The notes under the pieces were generated by a model. That model had not been told where the DNA came from, did not search any database, and saw only the letters and a list, made by a program, of their open reading frames with translations. From the IMG/VR virus record IMGVR_UViG_3300042350_003801: DNA of 64,000 nt. One strand, written 5' to 3'. Below, one piece after another: positions 50,928-60,622 of this stretch. Numbering within the stretch: the first letter of the stretch is position 1; each line of letters begins with the position of its first letter. A program made the translations under genes and the position numbers. Origin of the DNA: a virus. Its lineage: Duplodnaviria > Caudoviricetes.

Positions 50928-51548
50928 TCATAAGTATTCGGGTGGGTCATATGGTTCCTGGAACATTTCTCGGGAGCGCATTTTTATTGCTCTTTGAGTT
51001 ATTGCATCTATAGAGGAATCTTCAACAAATCTGATTGCTAAAAGAAGTTCCCCTTCTTGTATTGTATTTAGTTCGGGATGACTGCTACTCTTAAATGGAA
51101 TCCAACTTGAACTAAAAATCATTTTTTGTTGAAGAACATCTCCATTGGGTCTATTCCGGTTTTTAAAATTGCACAAGCTCTTTTATAAAACTGACAATCT
51201 GTTTTTCCAGATTCTTCTAAAACGTCTTTAATCTTTTGCCAGTTTTGGCGGGTATGGTCATCCATTTGATTAGTGCATTGAGTTAATTTTATCTTCATAT
51301 TCTTGAAAAATATTCATTTCCCAATAATCAAACTCCTCGTGAATTTTATATACTGCATCCTTGTATGCTTTTTCAGTAAGACAACCAGGATTTTGATAGA
51401 GGACTTTCAGTTGTTCAAGAGCATTTTGAAGGCCTTGAATATATTCAAAACGATATTTGCGGTCATTATATTGCTCTAAGGTCTCGGTTACCCCATCTGG
51501 GTATTGAAACGTTTCTGTTTGAGAATTAAATGTAATTTGGTCAGTCAT
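50928..51548 (-). other. Two small hypothetical ORFs (50928-51176, 51270-51548)
   Basis: ORF track, co-oriented. Confidence 0.6.
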
Positions 51549-51943
51549 AAGTCGTTAAAAAGAGGAACAAACAATAAGTCCTTACCATCGTCCAAAAGCG
51601 TGTGCATACCCATTAGTTCATAAGTGGCATACCCGGCGGCATTCCAGGCGGCATTCCTGGCGGCATTCCTGGCGGCATTCCAGGCGGCATACCCGGCGGC
51701 AGACATGGCGGCAGACATGGCGGCAGCCCCGGCGGCAGACCCGGCGGCAGACCTGGCGGCATCGTCTAGGGCATGATAACGGCGGGCAACTTCATTCCAT
51801 TGGTTCTCGGTAAGACCATCAATAAACCACCAGAAGTTAATGACGGTTTCGTAGTTTGGTCCTAGAAAATTCTGTGGATTTGTTAGGGCTTCAGGGTTTT
51901 GAAGGCCGTTGGAGAAGTTTTGATGTGCTTTAGAATAATGCAT
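51545..51943 (-). CDS. AAWDAA-repeat family protein, copy 4 (start moved to MHYS)
   Basis: Conserved ends; repeat tract about 51630-51762; promoter (TG-C-TATTGT at 51968-51976) lies inside the longer ORF-track call. Confidence 0.85.
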   Translation of the reverse strand: MHYSKAHQNFSNGLQNPEALTNPQNFLGPNYETVINFWWFIDGLTENQWNEVARRYHALDDAARSAAGSAAGAAAMSAAMSAAGYAAWNAARNAARNAAWNAAGYATYELMGMHTLLDDGKDLLFVPLFNDL

Positions 51944-52020
51944 CTCTCGCTTTGTTTCATTGTATAAACAATAGCACAAACCGCGAGCATTGGGCGAAAC
52001 AGTGGACGGTTTTGAAACTG

Positions 52021-52278
52021 TCACCGCTCCTCAAACGCTATTCTACGAACACCACGCTTTTTTCTTTCTTCCTGCCACATTAAATCAGAAGAAGACAGGA
52101 CACTCGCGGGCTTCTTATAGGAAGGGCTACCAGAAATAATAACAACTTGAGAAAGGTCAACCGCAGATACAGAATCTCCACGAATGGTTGCCATATTTGA
52201 ACATTTACATACTGAAGATTGGCCGGGTTTTGCAAGAACTTCAGTATTACAGGCAAGGCACCGAATTTTTAACATCAT
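52021..52278 (-). CDS. Small Cys-containing conserved cyanophage protein
   Basis: C..C....CKC.N..RGD..SA.DLS motif. Confidence 0.7.
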   Translation of the reverse strand: MMLKIRCLACNTEVLAKPGQSSVCKCSNMATIRGDSVSAVDLSQVVIISGSPSYKKPASVLSSSDLMWQEERKKRGVRRIAFEER

Positions 52279-52331
52279 AAATCACTGAATAACGGTGATG
52301 CTATTTAGTTCTAAAACTACGGAGCAGAAAA

Positions 52332-52775
52332 TTATTGGAGATAAGACCTCAACTTATAAACATTCTTACCGTGGGATTCCATCAAATCCTGCGAAAGATT
52401 TGCAGTTGCATAACTTCTTTGCTTTTCCGCTTCTTCGGAAATGTCCGTGAGCATCTCAATAAGACGCTCATTATCAGCAAGTAGTTGTTCTACCATTCCC
52501 CCTGCATCAATCTCTTGATTGGCATTGGCTGGGCCTTCAATAGCAGAAACCTCAACAATTCGCTCAAGTCGTGAAACCGGGCGAATGTTGAGGTAGCGCA
52601 TATGCTCACTGAGCCTATCAATCTCATCAAACATTTCAGTATATTGGTCACCAAAGAGTTCGTGCAACTGAGGAAAATCAGTTCCAACGACATTATGATG
52701 GTAGTTCCAGGTTTTCTGGAATAGAACAAACAATGTGGCTTGGGTGTCACTCAATAGTTTGAATAATTTTTCCAT
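52332..52775 (-). CDS. dps: Dps/ferritin-like DNA protection protein
   Basis: YHHNV.G..F..LH.LF..QY......D...E.MR.L ferroxidase pattern; CTAAATA at 52791-52797. Confidence 0.9.
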   Translation of the reverse strand: MEKLFKLLSDTQATLFVLFQKTWNYHHNVVGTDFPQLHELFGDQYTEMFDEIDRLSEHMRYLNIRPVSRLERIVEVSAIEGPANANQEIDAGGMVEQLLADNERLIEMLTDISEEAEKQRSYATANLSQDLMESHGKNVYKLRSYLQ

Positions 52776-52801
52776 TATAGTCTTTTTGACTATTTAGGAA
52801 A

Positions 52802-53575
52802 TCATATCAGCTGTAGTGAAGTTCCACACTCTGAGCAAAAGTTAGAAGTGGCAGGATTAACCGTGCCGCAAGTTTTGCACTCTAATTTTGTTTTAACTGT
52901 TACAGGTTCTCTGACTTTTTTATTTTCTTCAGTTTCACCTAGCATCTTAATGTTTAAGACATTCATTCCTCCAATTGAGCCATTCCAGAGAGTTGTATTG
53001 AATTTTTGTTTGCTTCTTGAGCCCTCAACAGTTATTCCAGTTTCATTTACTGGAAGTGTGGCATTTGTATTAATGGAATTTTCTACCGAATGATTTAAAC
53101 TGCATCTTGCGATATAATTATATTCTAAACTTTGACCCACATAATAGTTAATTGGGACAGATTTAGTATAAGGAGTCTTTTGGGCAAAAGGTGTATACAA
53201 CGGAAGAGAAATTTCAAACTCATACCGAATAGTAATCAAACCATCATCAAGTTTAATCCCCCTATGGTCTTCAATTTTCTCTGTCCGTTCAATAAATTTA
53301 AAACGGTTGCCTTCGGACAGATTGCCGTTTTTTATAAACCTTTCTAGGTCTACAGTCTCGGATGGGTTTAGAATTAACCCACCTCCAGTTACATTTTCAC
53401 CATCAATTTCTATGGTTACTTTTGTTCTGGATGTATTAATATTCTTTAGGCGGATCTCATATTCAGAGCCAAAGGGTAGATACACAGTATCTCCAAACTC
53501 TCTTAAGATTTTACCGTTTACTTTAATTGCCGCAGCAAAATTTTTTGCGTACATCATCGTTTTCAATACGAGCAC
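52802..53575 (-). CDS. Hypothetical protein with C-terminal zinc ribbon
   Basis: LPFGSEYEI.LKN...LERF...FKF; C..CG......FC..CG. Confidence 0.75.
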   Translation of the reverse strand: MLVLKTMMYAKNFAAAIKVNGKILREFGDTVYLPFGSEYEIRLKNINTSRTKVTIEIDGENVTGGGLILNPSETVDLERFIKNGNLSEGNRFKFIERTEKIEDHRGIKLDDGLITIRYEFEISLPLYTPFAQKTPYTKSVPINYYVGQSLEYNYIARCSLNHSVENSINTNATLPVNETGITVEGSRSKQKFNTTLWNGSIGGMNVLNIKMLGETEENKKVREPVTVKTKLECKTCGTVNPATSNFCSECGTSLQLI

Positions 53576-53629
53576 ACAGACTAAATGCTCGTTTTGGTTA
53601 GTGTTAAAGTCTGTCAGTTTATTTAGGCC

Positions 53630-53995
53630 CTACAGCAACTTCAAATGACCAGTAATATCCTGAAGTTCTTCCTTTGTTGCAGGACCAATTGCACAGCAAG
53701 TAAGGGTCTTAACCCCTTTAAATTCGGTAAGTCCCGAGTCCTCAATAATCTCGCAAATTTGATTGGTTAGTTTTGCCTTATCGTAGATGGCTAAAAGTTC
53801 TTCTTCGGAATCCACTGATACACAAATCTTAGTAAATGCACCCTTTAGCCACTCTTTGACCCGCCAATCAATTAGATGTGGTAGAATGGCAGCCACAGAG
53901 GCGTGTGCGCCTTGTGCGACCATCTTACCCTTCCGCATATTTAAGTCCTTTCGTATTACGATGACTTGTTGTAGTTTGTTTTCTTCAGTATTCAT
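53630..53995 (-). CDS. pth2: Peptidyl-tRNA hydrolase, Pth2 type
   Basis: QVIVIRKDL.M.KGK..AQGAHA, K..V, D.GLTE, T..AIGP, ITG.L.LL. Confidence 0.93.
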   Translation of the reverse strand: MNTEENKLQQVIVIRKDLNMRKGKMVAQGAHASVAAILPHLIDWRVKEWLKGAFTKICVSVDSEEELLAIYDKAKLTNQICEIIEDSGLTEFKGVKTLTCCAIGPATKEELQDITGHLKLL

Positions 53996-56900
53996 AAAAA
54001 TATTCCATCTCTACATCACCATCATAAACTGTACCGGTATAAGGATAACAGTCTTCAATAGTTTGCTCCGAATCAGAATTAACACTAAATTTATAGATAT
54101 CATCTGAATTACCACCATAACCAACAGAAATAGTTTTACTGTCTGAAAGTGTTGCACTATAAGTAAATGTATATTTGTAGTAAGACTCAAATTTTACCTT
54201 TACCGTTCCATACTTTTCAATAAATTGTTCTTTTGTGATTTCTGCCATTTTAATTACCCGGTTTTGTTGTTTTAGTATTTTGAACTTGTGGAGTAATACA
54301 TTCAACCAATCTAATTTTTTGTGCTACAGTAATTCCAGCAGTAAATGTAATGGGAACGGTAAATGTGACATAAGTTACCATCAGCATAATAGTCGCAGCA
54401 AATCTAAGTTCTTGAAACATTGAAAATCTCCTTTGAGTGTATGAGTGTATTATATGGCATTCTGGATGGTTATGGAGTTCTCTTGTGCCAGTTTCTTAAG
54501 TGTCCATTAAATCAATGATAAATCTATCCCGTGGGTTTTAGAAGACTTTTAAATTCCTCATAAGTATTGAGACCACAATAATATTTGGTTTTTGAACTTT
54601 CAATCTCTTCTTCTGTTATAGTACATTCTTTTTGAATGTACTCCTTTTCCCATTCTTCGTAAGATAGTTTGGTCATACTCTTATAAATTCCGATTATTCA
54701 ATAAAATGTAAAAGTCATCAAATGCAGTCAAACCATTACATCTTTTATTTAAAGTTTCTAAATCCGTAGTCATAATATACCCCCAAATATAAAACGCCAT
54801 TTGAATAGTATGAAACCCACTCATACTTAAATCATCTTTTTTACTATTCATAACCTGTTTCCTCGCCCCTCAAAATTAGGTATATATGGGCAATATCCAA
54901 AACCTTCACTAATCACTAATTTATTTTCCTTTGCTTTAACGCAAAAGGAATGATGAAATCCACCATCCATAAAAACTGTAATATTAAGGGTTCCTTCTGC
55001 AGTATATCCTTGGGCATTTTCAGTTATAGAAAAATTTACCCGTTTAACATCAGTATATTCTACCAAAGTTTTATCATTCATAATTCCTCATCCAAATAAG
55101 CAATCATTTTTACTATATGATAGTTTTCTTTAAAGTGCGCATCGTAATAAAAATCCTCTAAAGCGTCCTCATACTCAAGATATATTTTCTGATTTGTCTT
55201 ATGTAAGTCAGCATAGACCTCTCTATCCTGGCGCTTAGTCATAATCACCCAGAATTCGTGTCCTACTTTGTTAGTCATTTTCAAATTCCCTCCGTTTTTT
55301 GATTAAAAGTGTTTGAAGTTCTTTTACCTTATCTACATCGCTTTCTGCAAATGAATGTTTATCCATAGCAGAACGATAAAAAGAGCAAACAAGACAAAGA
55401 GTTTCTATCTGTTCTTTTATGAAGGTAATTGTTGCATCAGTCATTTGAGTTCCTCATCTAACCACTGACTATCCATACCAATCTCCCACCCGTCAAGAAA
55501 CAAATACCAATTTTCATTATCTTTATCTGGATAATCTCCGTAAAGTTCTTTCCAACACTCTTCTGCTTCAGTTCGCTTCTCATTCATAACCAGTCTCCTC
55601 ACCACTCAAAATCTCCCAGAAGTCCCATTCTTCACCTTTCATATGCCCCTGCCAGTTTCTAAAGTTATCACGACAACCATCAAAACCCCATTTAATTTTC
55701 TGTAAGAATTTTTGAGCGGAGTTTTGATTATTGTAGTCTTCAATTAGTTTAGCAATGTCTGGATGAATGATGATGGAATTCGCACTATCATCATATAGGT
55801 CCCAGAGATTATCACGAAGAATTTTCTCAAAGTCTTTATCTAACTTTTCTTTACACTCATTTAGAATGTTATCCCAAATGAGTTGTTCTAAATTTACACC
55901 CCCATAAAGTTCTTGAAGTAGTTCCGCTGTGATTGGAGGTTCTTCCATTGCCAAACGGTGCAGACATTCTCCATTCTCATCATAAAGACGGTCTAATGCA
56001 GCAAAGGCATTCTCTTTTGCTTCTATATTGTCGTCTAATGATTCAGCCATTTTAGATTCAAGAAGTAAGTGTTTTTTGAATTACTGGCCACCATAATTCC
56101 TCGCGCAAATTATCAATATCGTCCACGGCAATTACACGTTTTCCTTCATTATCAACATAAGTCATTTGTTCAGTCAAAAAGGTTAAAACGCAATCGGAGA
56201 GACTCTCATATTGTGTCCCGCTCTTTGGGTTATGAACCCTTTGTTTTACCCGATCAATGAGAATTTGCGAGCGTGTCGTTGTGGAGTCAATCATTCGGTC
56301 TCCTCGTTGGTTAAATAATCATTATATTGGTCAAGAATAGCATCAACGCGAACTAAGGTTTTTTGTGAAACGCTGATAGTTTTTCCATTCTTATGTGCAT
56401 TATCTATCCCAGTTCGCAGCATATGAAGAACCTCCGCAAGTTCTTGTGCGATGGGTTTTAGTTCAGTCATTTTCAGTTTCCATTAGTTCGGTTACTTATG
56501 CTAGTATTATGGCACCCTTGGTGGCGGGTTTGGTTCTGGAGGGACAGCTAGTGAAGCGTCGGGTTGAAGATATTCTACTTTATCTTTTTGAGATTTTTGA
56601 AAATCCTCAATAATAGAATCATTTGCCCAGTATTTGCTTGAAAAGGAACCACACTTGGAAATATCTACCCAGAAAAACCACAGGACTTTCTTTTGGGGAC
56701 TATACCAAACGCTTCCGTCACCTTTGGTAATTTTTTTAATGCGATAATTATTCATTGAGTCTCGTTCTGGTAAGAAATCTTCACGGATTAATTGGGGTTT
56801 AGGAAATTCAGGTTTCATATATTTTTTAAATTTAAGTGGTGGTTCGTTTTTTGGTGGATTTCGGTTTTCGTATGAACTACCTCCCAACCAGAAAACACCG

Positions 56901-58422
56901 GGAGCAATTTCTCGTTCATTTGAGAAGAGAAACATTAGGACATTAATTAATTTAGTCATTCTTCAACACTTCAAGTTTAGTTACTAGCATTTTATCTAAC
57001 CGCCATTTCGTCGGTGTATACATAAAAGCATAAAATATGAACCCAGCAGTCATATCTCCTGCCTTCACGATTTGCCTCTCAATTCCTTCTATAGTGCAGT
57101 AATCTTTCAACTCCACCGGTTTACCAACTGGAATTCCACCCCACATACTAAGCTGAACTTTGGATTTTATCTGTTCTTTTGAAAAATTATCGAAATTATT
57201 TTTAAGGAACGTTCGTTGTTCTTCGGTTAGTTTTAATTTAGTCATTCTTCAACCTCCATTTCCACTACACGAAACATATCGCGGTAATATTGATAGTCGT
57301 TGGTTTTACGATACTCTTCATCACAAACATAATCATAATCTTCTAGAAGTTTATCTCTCTTCTTATATGCCTTTTTTTCTGTCGAACAGATGTTGCAAAT
57401 GTTTAGACTTGCAACTCCAGGTCCACTGTCAAAATCTTCCACGACGACATAGACTTTCATTTTAGTTTCAAGTGATTATCAAGTTCATATCTATACCGTT
57501 CAAAGCAACCCATAGCAGTTCCGAATGCCCAGTTATCATAATCTTCCTGAGTTGGTTCTGCATCATTACCATCTTCCCATTCCTCAAAGAAGTCTTCAAT
57601 AGGACAATCAAATTCAATGTATGCGGTTTTTGGTTTTATATGCATTTTCCCTAATTCATCGGCAATTTTATAAAGAATACTAGGATAACCATTCATATTG
57701 TCGGCAAATGTTCGCAGAGAAGTAGAAAGTGCGCCCTTCATATCATCGGTTGGCGGCTGGGCTAGTTCACTACAGAATGCTTCCCACATTTTTTGTGCTC
57801 GTTCAGACATTTTCCAGTTCATCGATAAGAGATAAAATACTATTCCGTAAGAATTGATTATTTTGCCATTCGCGGTCTGCTTCATCATCCCAAAATTGAA
57901 AGTCTCCTGGATGCGGATCATTAGGAACAATCTCGTTGACAATAACGAGAAGAATAATACGGGTTGTAGTTAAACTTTTTCCAGTTTGTCTACACTGCTC
58001 GCAAACCTCATTAGACCGAATAATATTTAAAACTTTTTGAGCAGTTGAAGAGATTTGTTTTTTAGTCATTTTCCGTATTTTAAAATCATTTTGAGAGTTG
58101 TTGCGGGTTCCATATTATCTTCAAGTTTATGAGGTTCTAGGAGTTTTGCAAGTTCCTCATATTTTGCTTTGTAGTTAGTTCCTAAATCTACATCCTCATC
58201 ACAAAAAGCATCTTGAACAATTCTCAAAGATGCTCCTATTTTATTTGGATGGTCTTTGGGCGAGTGCTCAAAGTTCTCAAATACACCTCTCAACCATTCT
58301 GGGGTATATGCATACTTATGAATAACTTTTCGGATATCATCTTCATCTAAGGTGTAGCTAAAGTGATATACTGGGAAATATCCAGTATCTGCTGATAGGT
58401 CTTTATAATAATCAAATTTCAT
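53985..58422 (-). other. Long run of small early hypothetical ORFs (53985-54248, 54848-55081, 55078-55284, 55580-56050, 56058-56294, 56507-56959, 56952-57245, 57242-57460, 57803-58069, 58066-58422 and others)
   Basis: Co-oriented short ORFs with start/stop overlaps; no recognisable domains. Confidence 0.65.
54449..54506 (-). promoter_or_regulatory. Representative early promoter: extended -10 (TG-CCA-TATAAT region) with a 22-bp palindromic box about 30 nt upstream
   Basis: Box GTGCCAGTT-TCTT-AAGTGTCCA at 54485-54506; at least 17 related boxes in the window (see findings). Confidence 0.7.
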
Positions 58423-58454
58423 TTTAGTTCCATTGGTGACTTATTTATTAAAAT

Positions 58455-58620
58455 GAATCCCCAACCGAAGTCGGGGATTCTAAATGGTAATTCTCTAAGT
58501 TTTTCTAGAATTCTTAGAGAACGATGAATCTGATACTCAAAAGAGTAGAGCAGCGACGGTATGAAAGGGTTATCTCGCAAGGTGGCGATTTTAAATCACC
58601 GGGCGGGATACACTTTCCAA
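58455..58620 (-). ncRNA. Candidate structured ncRNA
   Basis: ATAAATA at 58626-58632; no convincing ORF; long irregular rod, two further hairpins, and terminal GAATCCCC..GGGGATTC hairpin with U-tract. Confidence 0.45.
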
Positions 58621-58691
58621 TTCCTATTTATTATTAAGACTTTCATCACAAAACAGGCAAAACTATGTGAAAGAATTTGGCTAAAAGCCAA

Positions 58692-58764
58692 CGACCAATA
58701 GGAGATTTGAACTCCTGTAACCTACTAGACAGGTAGGTGTCCTAGACCACTAGACGAATTGGCC
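58692..58764 (-). tRNA. trnD: tRNA-Asp(GUC)
   Basis: Acceptor GGCCAAT/ATTGGTC+G73; anticodon stem CCTAC/GTAGG with loop CTGTCTA; T-loop TTCAAAT. Confidence 0.9.
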
Positions 58765-59214
58765 ATATCCAGACCGCCCCAAACGGTGCCGTCTACCGCT
58801 GACTTATTCCTGGATGTGTCAACTATTTAGGTTGGCAGCGATGTGCTATTACGCCAAAAGAAACTGCATTTTTCCTCGCCACATCACTTACATATGCCAC
58901 CTCTAAGGCCCGACATTACTAAGCATTTCGCAGTCTTGGTGCATTTTCTACTCTTTAAAGGATGGCTGCTTCTAAGCCTACCTTTCGCTGTTAATGAAAA
59001 GAAGTTTTGGGTATTTCCTTTCATTGCCTATTTATCATACACTAAAACTGGGGTTGCGGGAGAAGCGTGTGCCAGTTTGGGAGGTGTCTTAAATGTGGCT
59101 CCAATGTTTTTGAAACCTTGGTTACCTTAGGATATTTAAGCGATTTTGTCAAGGGGTAGTGGACGGTTGGGGGAGTGTCTACTTTTTATTTTGATATTTT
59201 TTGATGGGACGTAT

Positions 59215-59637
59215 TCACTCTGGTATATTTAAATAATCTTCAGCCATATGTATTTTTACTTTTTGATTACTTTTCGGTTTGGATAATCTCAGTCCAAGCC
59301 ATTTTTCACACTTGTTGGGGTTAACATAATAGCATTTATCCGTATCTGGACAATAAATGCACATTAAATCTAATTCATTTTTATCGTAATCTTTATGATG
59401 TGAGCCATTTCTGTCGGCCCAAGATGTTCCAAAACGTACATTAATTACGTTATTATTAGCCGCTCTATATTTAACTTGAACTCTTTTAAAAATGCCGTCT
59501 TTATACGCGACTAAATCAAAAGATTCGTGCTCTGTATGCGGGGTAAGAATTAAATAACCCTTTTCATACAAATCAAGTTGGGCTTTTAACACACCAAGGT
59601 CGCCTTTATTTTTAGTATGGTGATACCTCATACTCAT
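59215..59637 (-). CDS. Free-standing PD-(D/E)xK homing endonuclease, I-Ssp6803I-like
   Basis: TK.KGD.....A...L...G..IL.P.....FDLV...G.F.RVQVK; D....Y matches the I-Ssp6803I/PDDEXK_5 pattern as I recall it; AAGGAG RBS. Confidence 0.82.
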   Translation of the reverse strand: MSMRYHHTKNKGDLGVLKAQLDLYEKGYLILTPHTEHESFDLVAYKDGIFKRVQVKYRAANNNVINVRFGTSWADRNGSHHKDYDKNELDLMCIYCPDTDKCYYVNPNKCEKWLGLRLSKPKSNQKVKIHMAEDYLNIPE

Positions 59638-59640
59638 ATT

Positions 59641-59738
59641 CTCCTTTATTAAGTTCGCATTTCTATTTATAAAAATGGGGAGGTTGAACCTCCCCGGAGC
59701 CTTAAAGGTGCGAACTTAATAAGGCATCTCTATTTATA
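59641..59738 (-). promoter_or_regulatory. Dual late-promoter/antisense hairpin module upstream of the endonuclease
   Basis: TATAAATA 59731-59738; stem GCCTT/AAGGC with loop; terminator GGGGAGG-TTCAA-CCTCCCC-ATTTTT (59672-59695); TATAAATA 59664-59671; 14-nt perfect complement 59709-59722 versus 59646-59659. Confidence 0.75.
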
Positions 59739-59756
59739 GTAGAAGAATAATTTCAA

Positions 59757-60041
59757 CGAGAACGGCGTGACTCGAACACGCGACTTACTGCTTAGCTTAC
59801 CACTACGGATTTCCCCGCCATTTCTGTTTGTGGTCTGGACCATCTCTTCATCTTATCTTACGACTTAGATGCTTCCCGTATGGCCTCTACACGTTCAGGA
59901 TTTCTCCCGCTTCGCTCGGGATTGCCATAGTCTTACGACTTTAGGGTTCCCCGAATTTGAGAAGTTACATTTATGAAGTTTCCCTCGTAAAGCTCCTATT
60001 TTCGAAGGCAGTTGTTCTAAATCCAACTGAACTACGTTCCC
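59757..60041 (-). tRNA. trnR: tRNA-Arg(UCU) split by a group I intron (exons 60005-60041 and 59757-59795)
   Basis: Spliced 76-nt cloverleaf GGGAACG..ACTGC-CTT|CTAA-GCAGT..GCGTG-TTCGAGT-CACGC-CGTTCTC-G; A20 Arg identity element. Confidence 0.88.
59796..60004 (-). mobile_element. Group I intron (IC3-like), 209 nt, no internal ORF
   Basis: P1 CUU/GAG with U-G at the splice site; P2 GAAA loop; CTCAAATTCGGGGAACCCT, GGCAATCCCGAGC, GTGTAGAGGCC..CGGGAAGC, AAGAGATGGTCCAG core elements resembling the cyanobacterial trnL intron; terminal G. Confidence 0.88.
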
Positions 60042-60173
60042 ATAATAAAACCCGAAATAACTCGGATTATGGTTTATTTAGTAAGAATCAAAAACACCCC
60101 AAATAACACAAAACGCTCCGGACGCTGAACCGGCACAGTTAAGCACCTGAACACCTATTACAATAAGTCAGGC

Positions 60174-60437
60174 TTATTCATTCACTTCATCAGACAAATC
60201 AAAGGTTTTTCTAAACATATTGCGCCCATAAAAGAAAAGCTGTATCATTAAAACATCAAGAAGAACGGTAACAATGAATGCACCGGCAAGAGAGGATACA
60301 TTATTATCGTTTACATAAACACTAACCGAGGAACTAACTCCTTGGTCTAAAAAATAAAATAGTGGAATCCAAAGTAGAATAGCAAGAAATCGTTGTAGAA
60401 TAATCATCGTTAAAATGCATAGGACGTGAATTTCCAT
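60174..60437 (-). CDS. Small membrane protein
   Basis: Hydrophobic 87-aa ORF behind an early-type promoter. Confidence 0.55.
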   Translation of the reverse strand: MEIHVLCILTMIILQRFLAILLWIPLFYFLDQGVSSSVSVYVNDNNVSSLAGAFIVTVLLDVLMIQLFFYGRNMFRKTFDLSDEVNE

Positions 60438-60504
60438 TCACCCGTTAAGAATAGCACAAAACCACAAGAACGGGGAAAACGTGTGTCAGTTCGTCAATTG
60501 TCAC

Positions 60505-60526
60505 AAAAAGAGCCCCGAAGGGCTCC
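60505..60526 (-). terminator. Intrinsic terminator with UUCG loop
   Basis: GGAGCCC-TTCG-GGGCTC-TTTTT on the minus strand. Confidence 0.8.
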
Positions 60527-60622
60527 AGTCAACTCAACAACAGGAAACAGTTGGGCGCTTATCCCCAACTCATTAAGAATAACACAAAACCACCAAAACG
60601 GGGAAAGCGTGTGCCAGTTTGA

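Noticed and set aside
58765-58831. Hairpin (ATCCAG/CTGGAT) upstream of tRNA-Asp as an extra tRNA
   Set aside because: No T-loop or cloverleaf; better read as a leader after a CTAAATA late promoter.
59757-60041. Alternative splice giving tRNA-Ser(GCU)
   Set aside because: The intron would not end in G, and the tRNA has a short variable loop and A20, fitting Arg.
60080-60186. Possible decayed ORF MNKPDLL**VFRCLTVPVQRPERF... before tRNA-Arg
   Set aside because: Very short, has two consecutive stops, and I cannot confirm a homolog.
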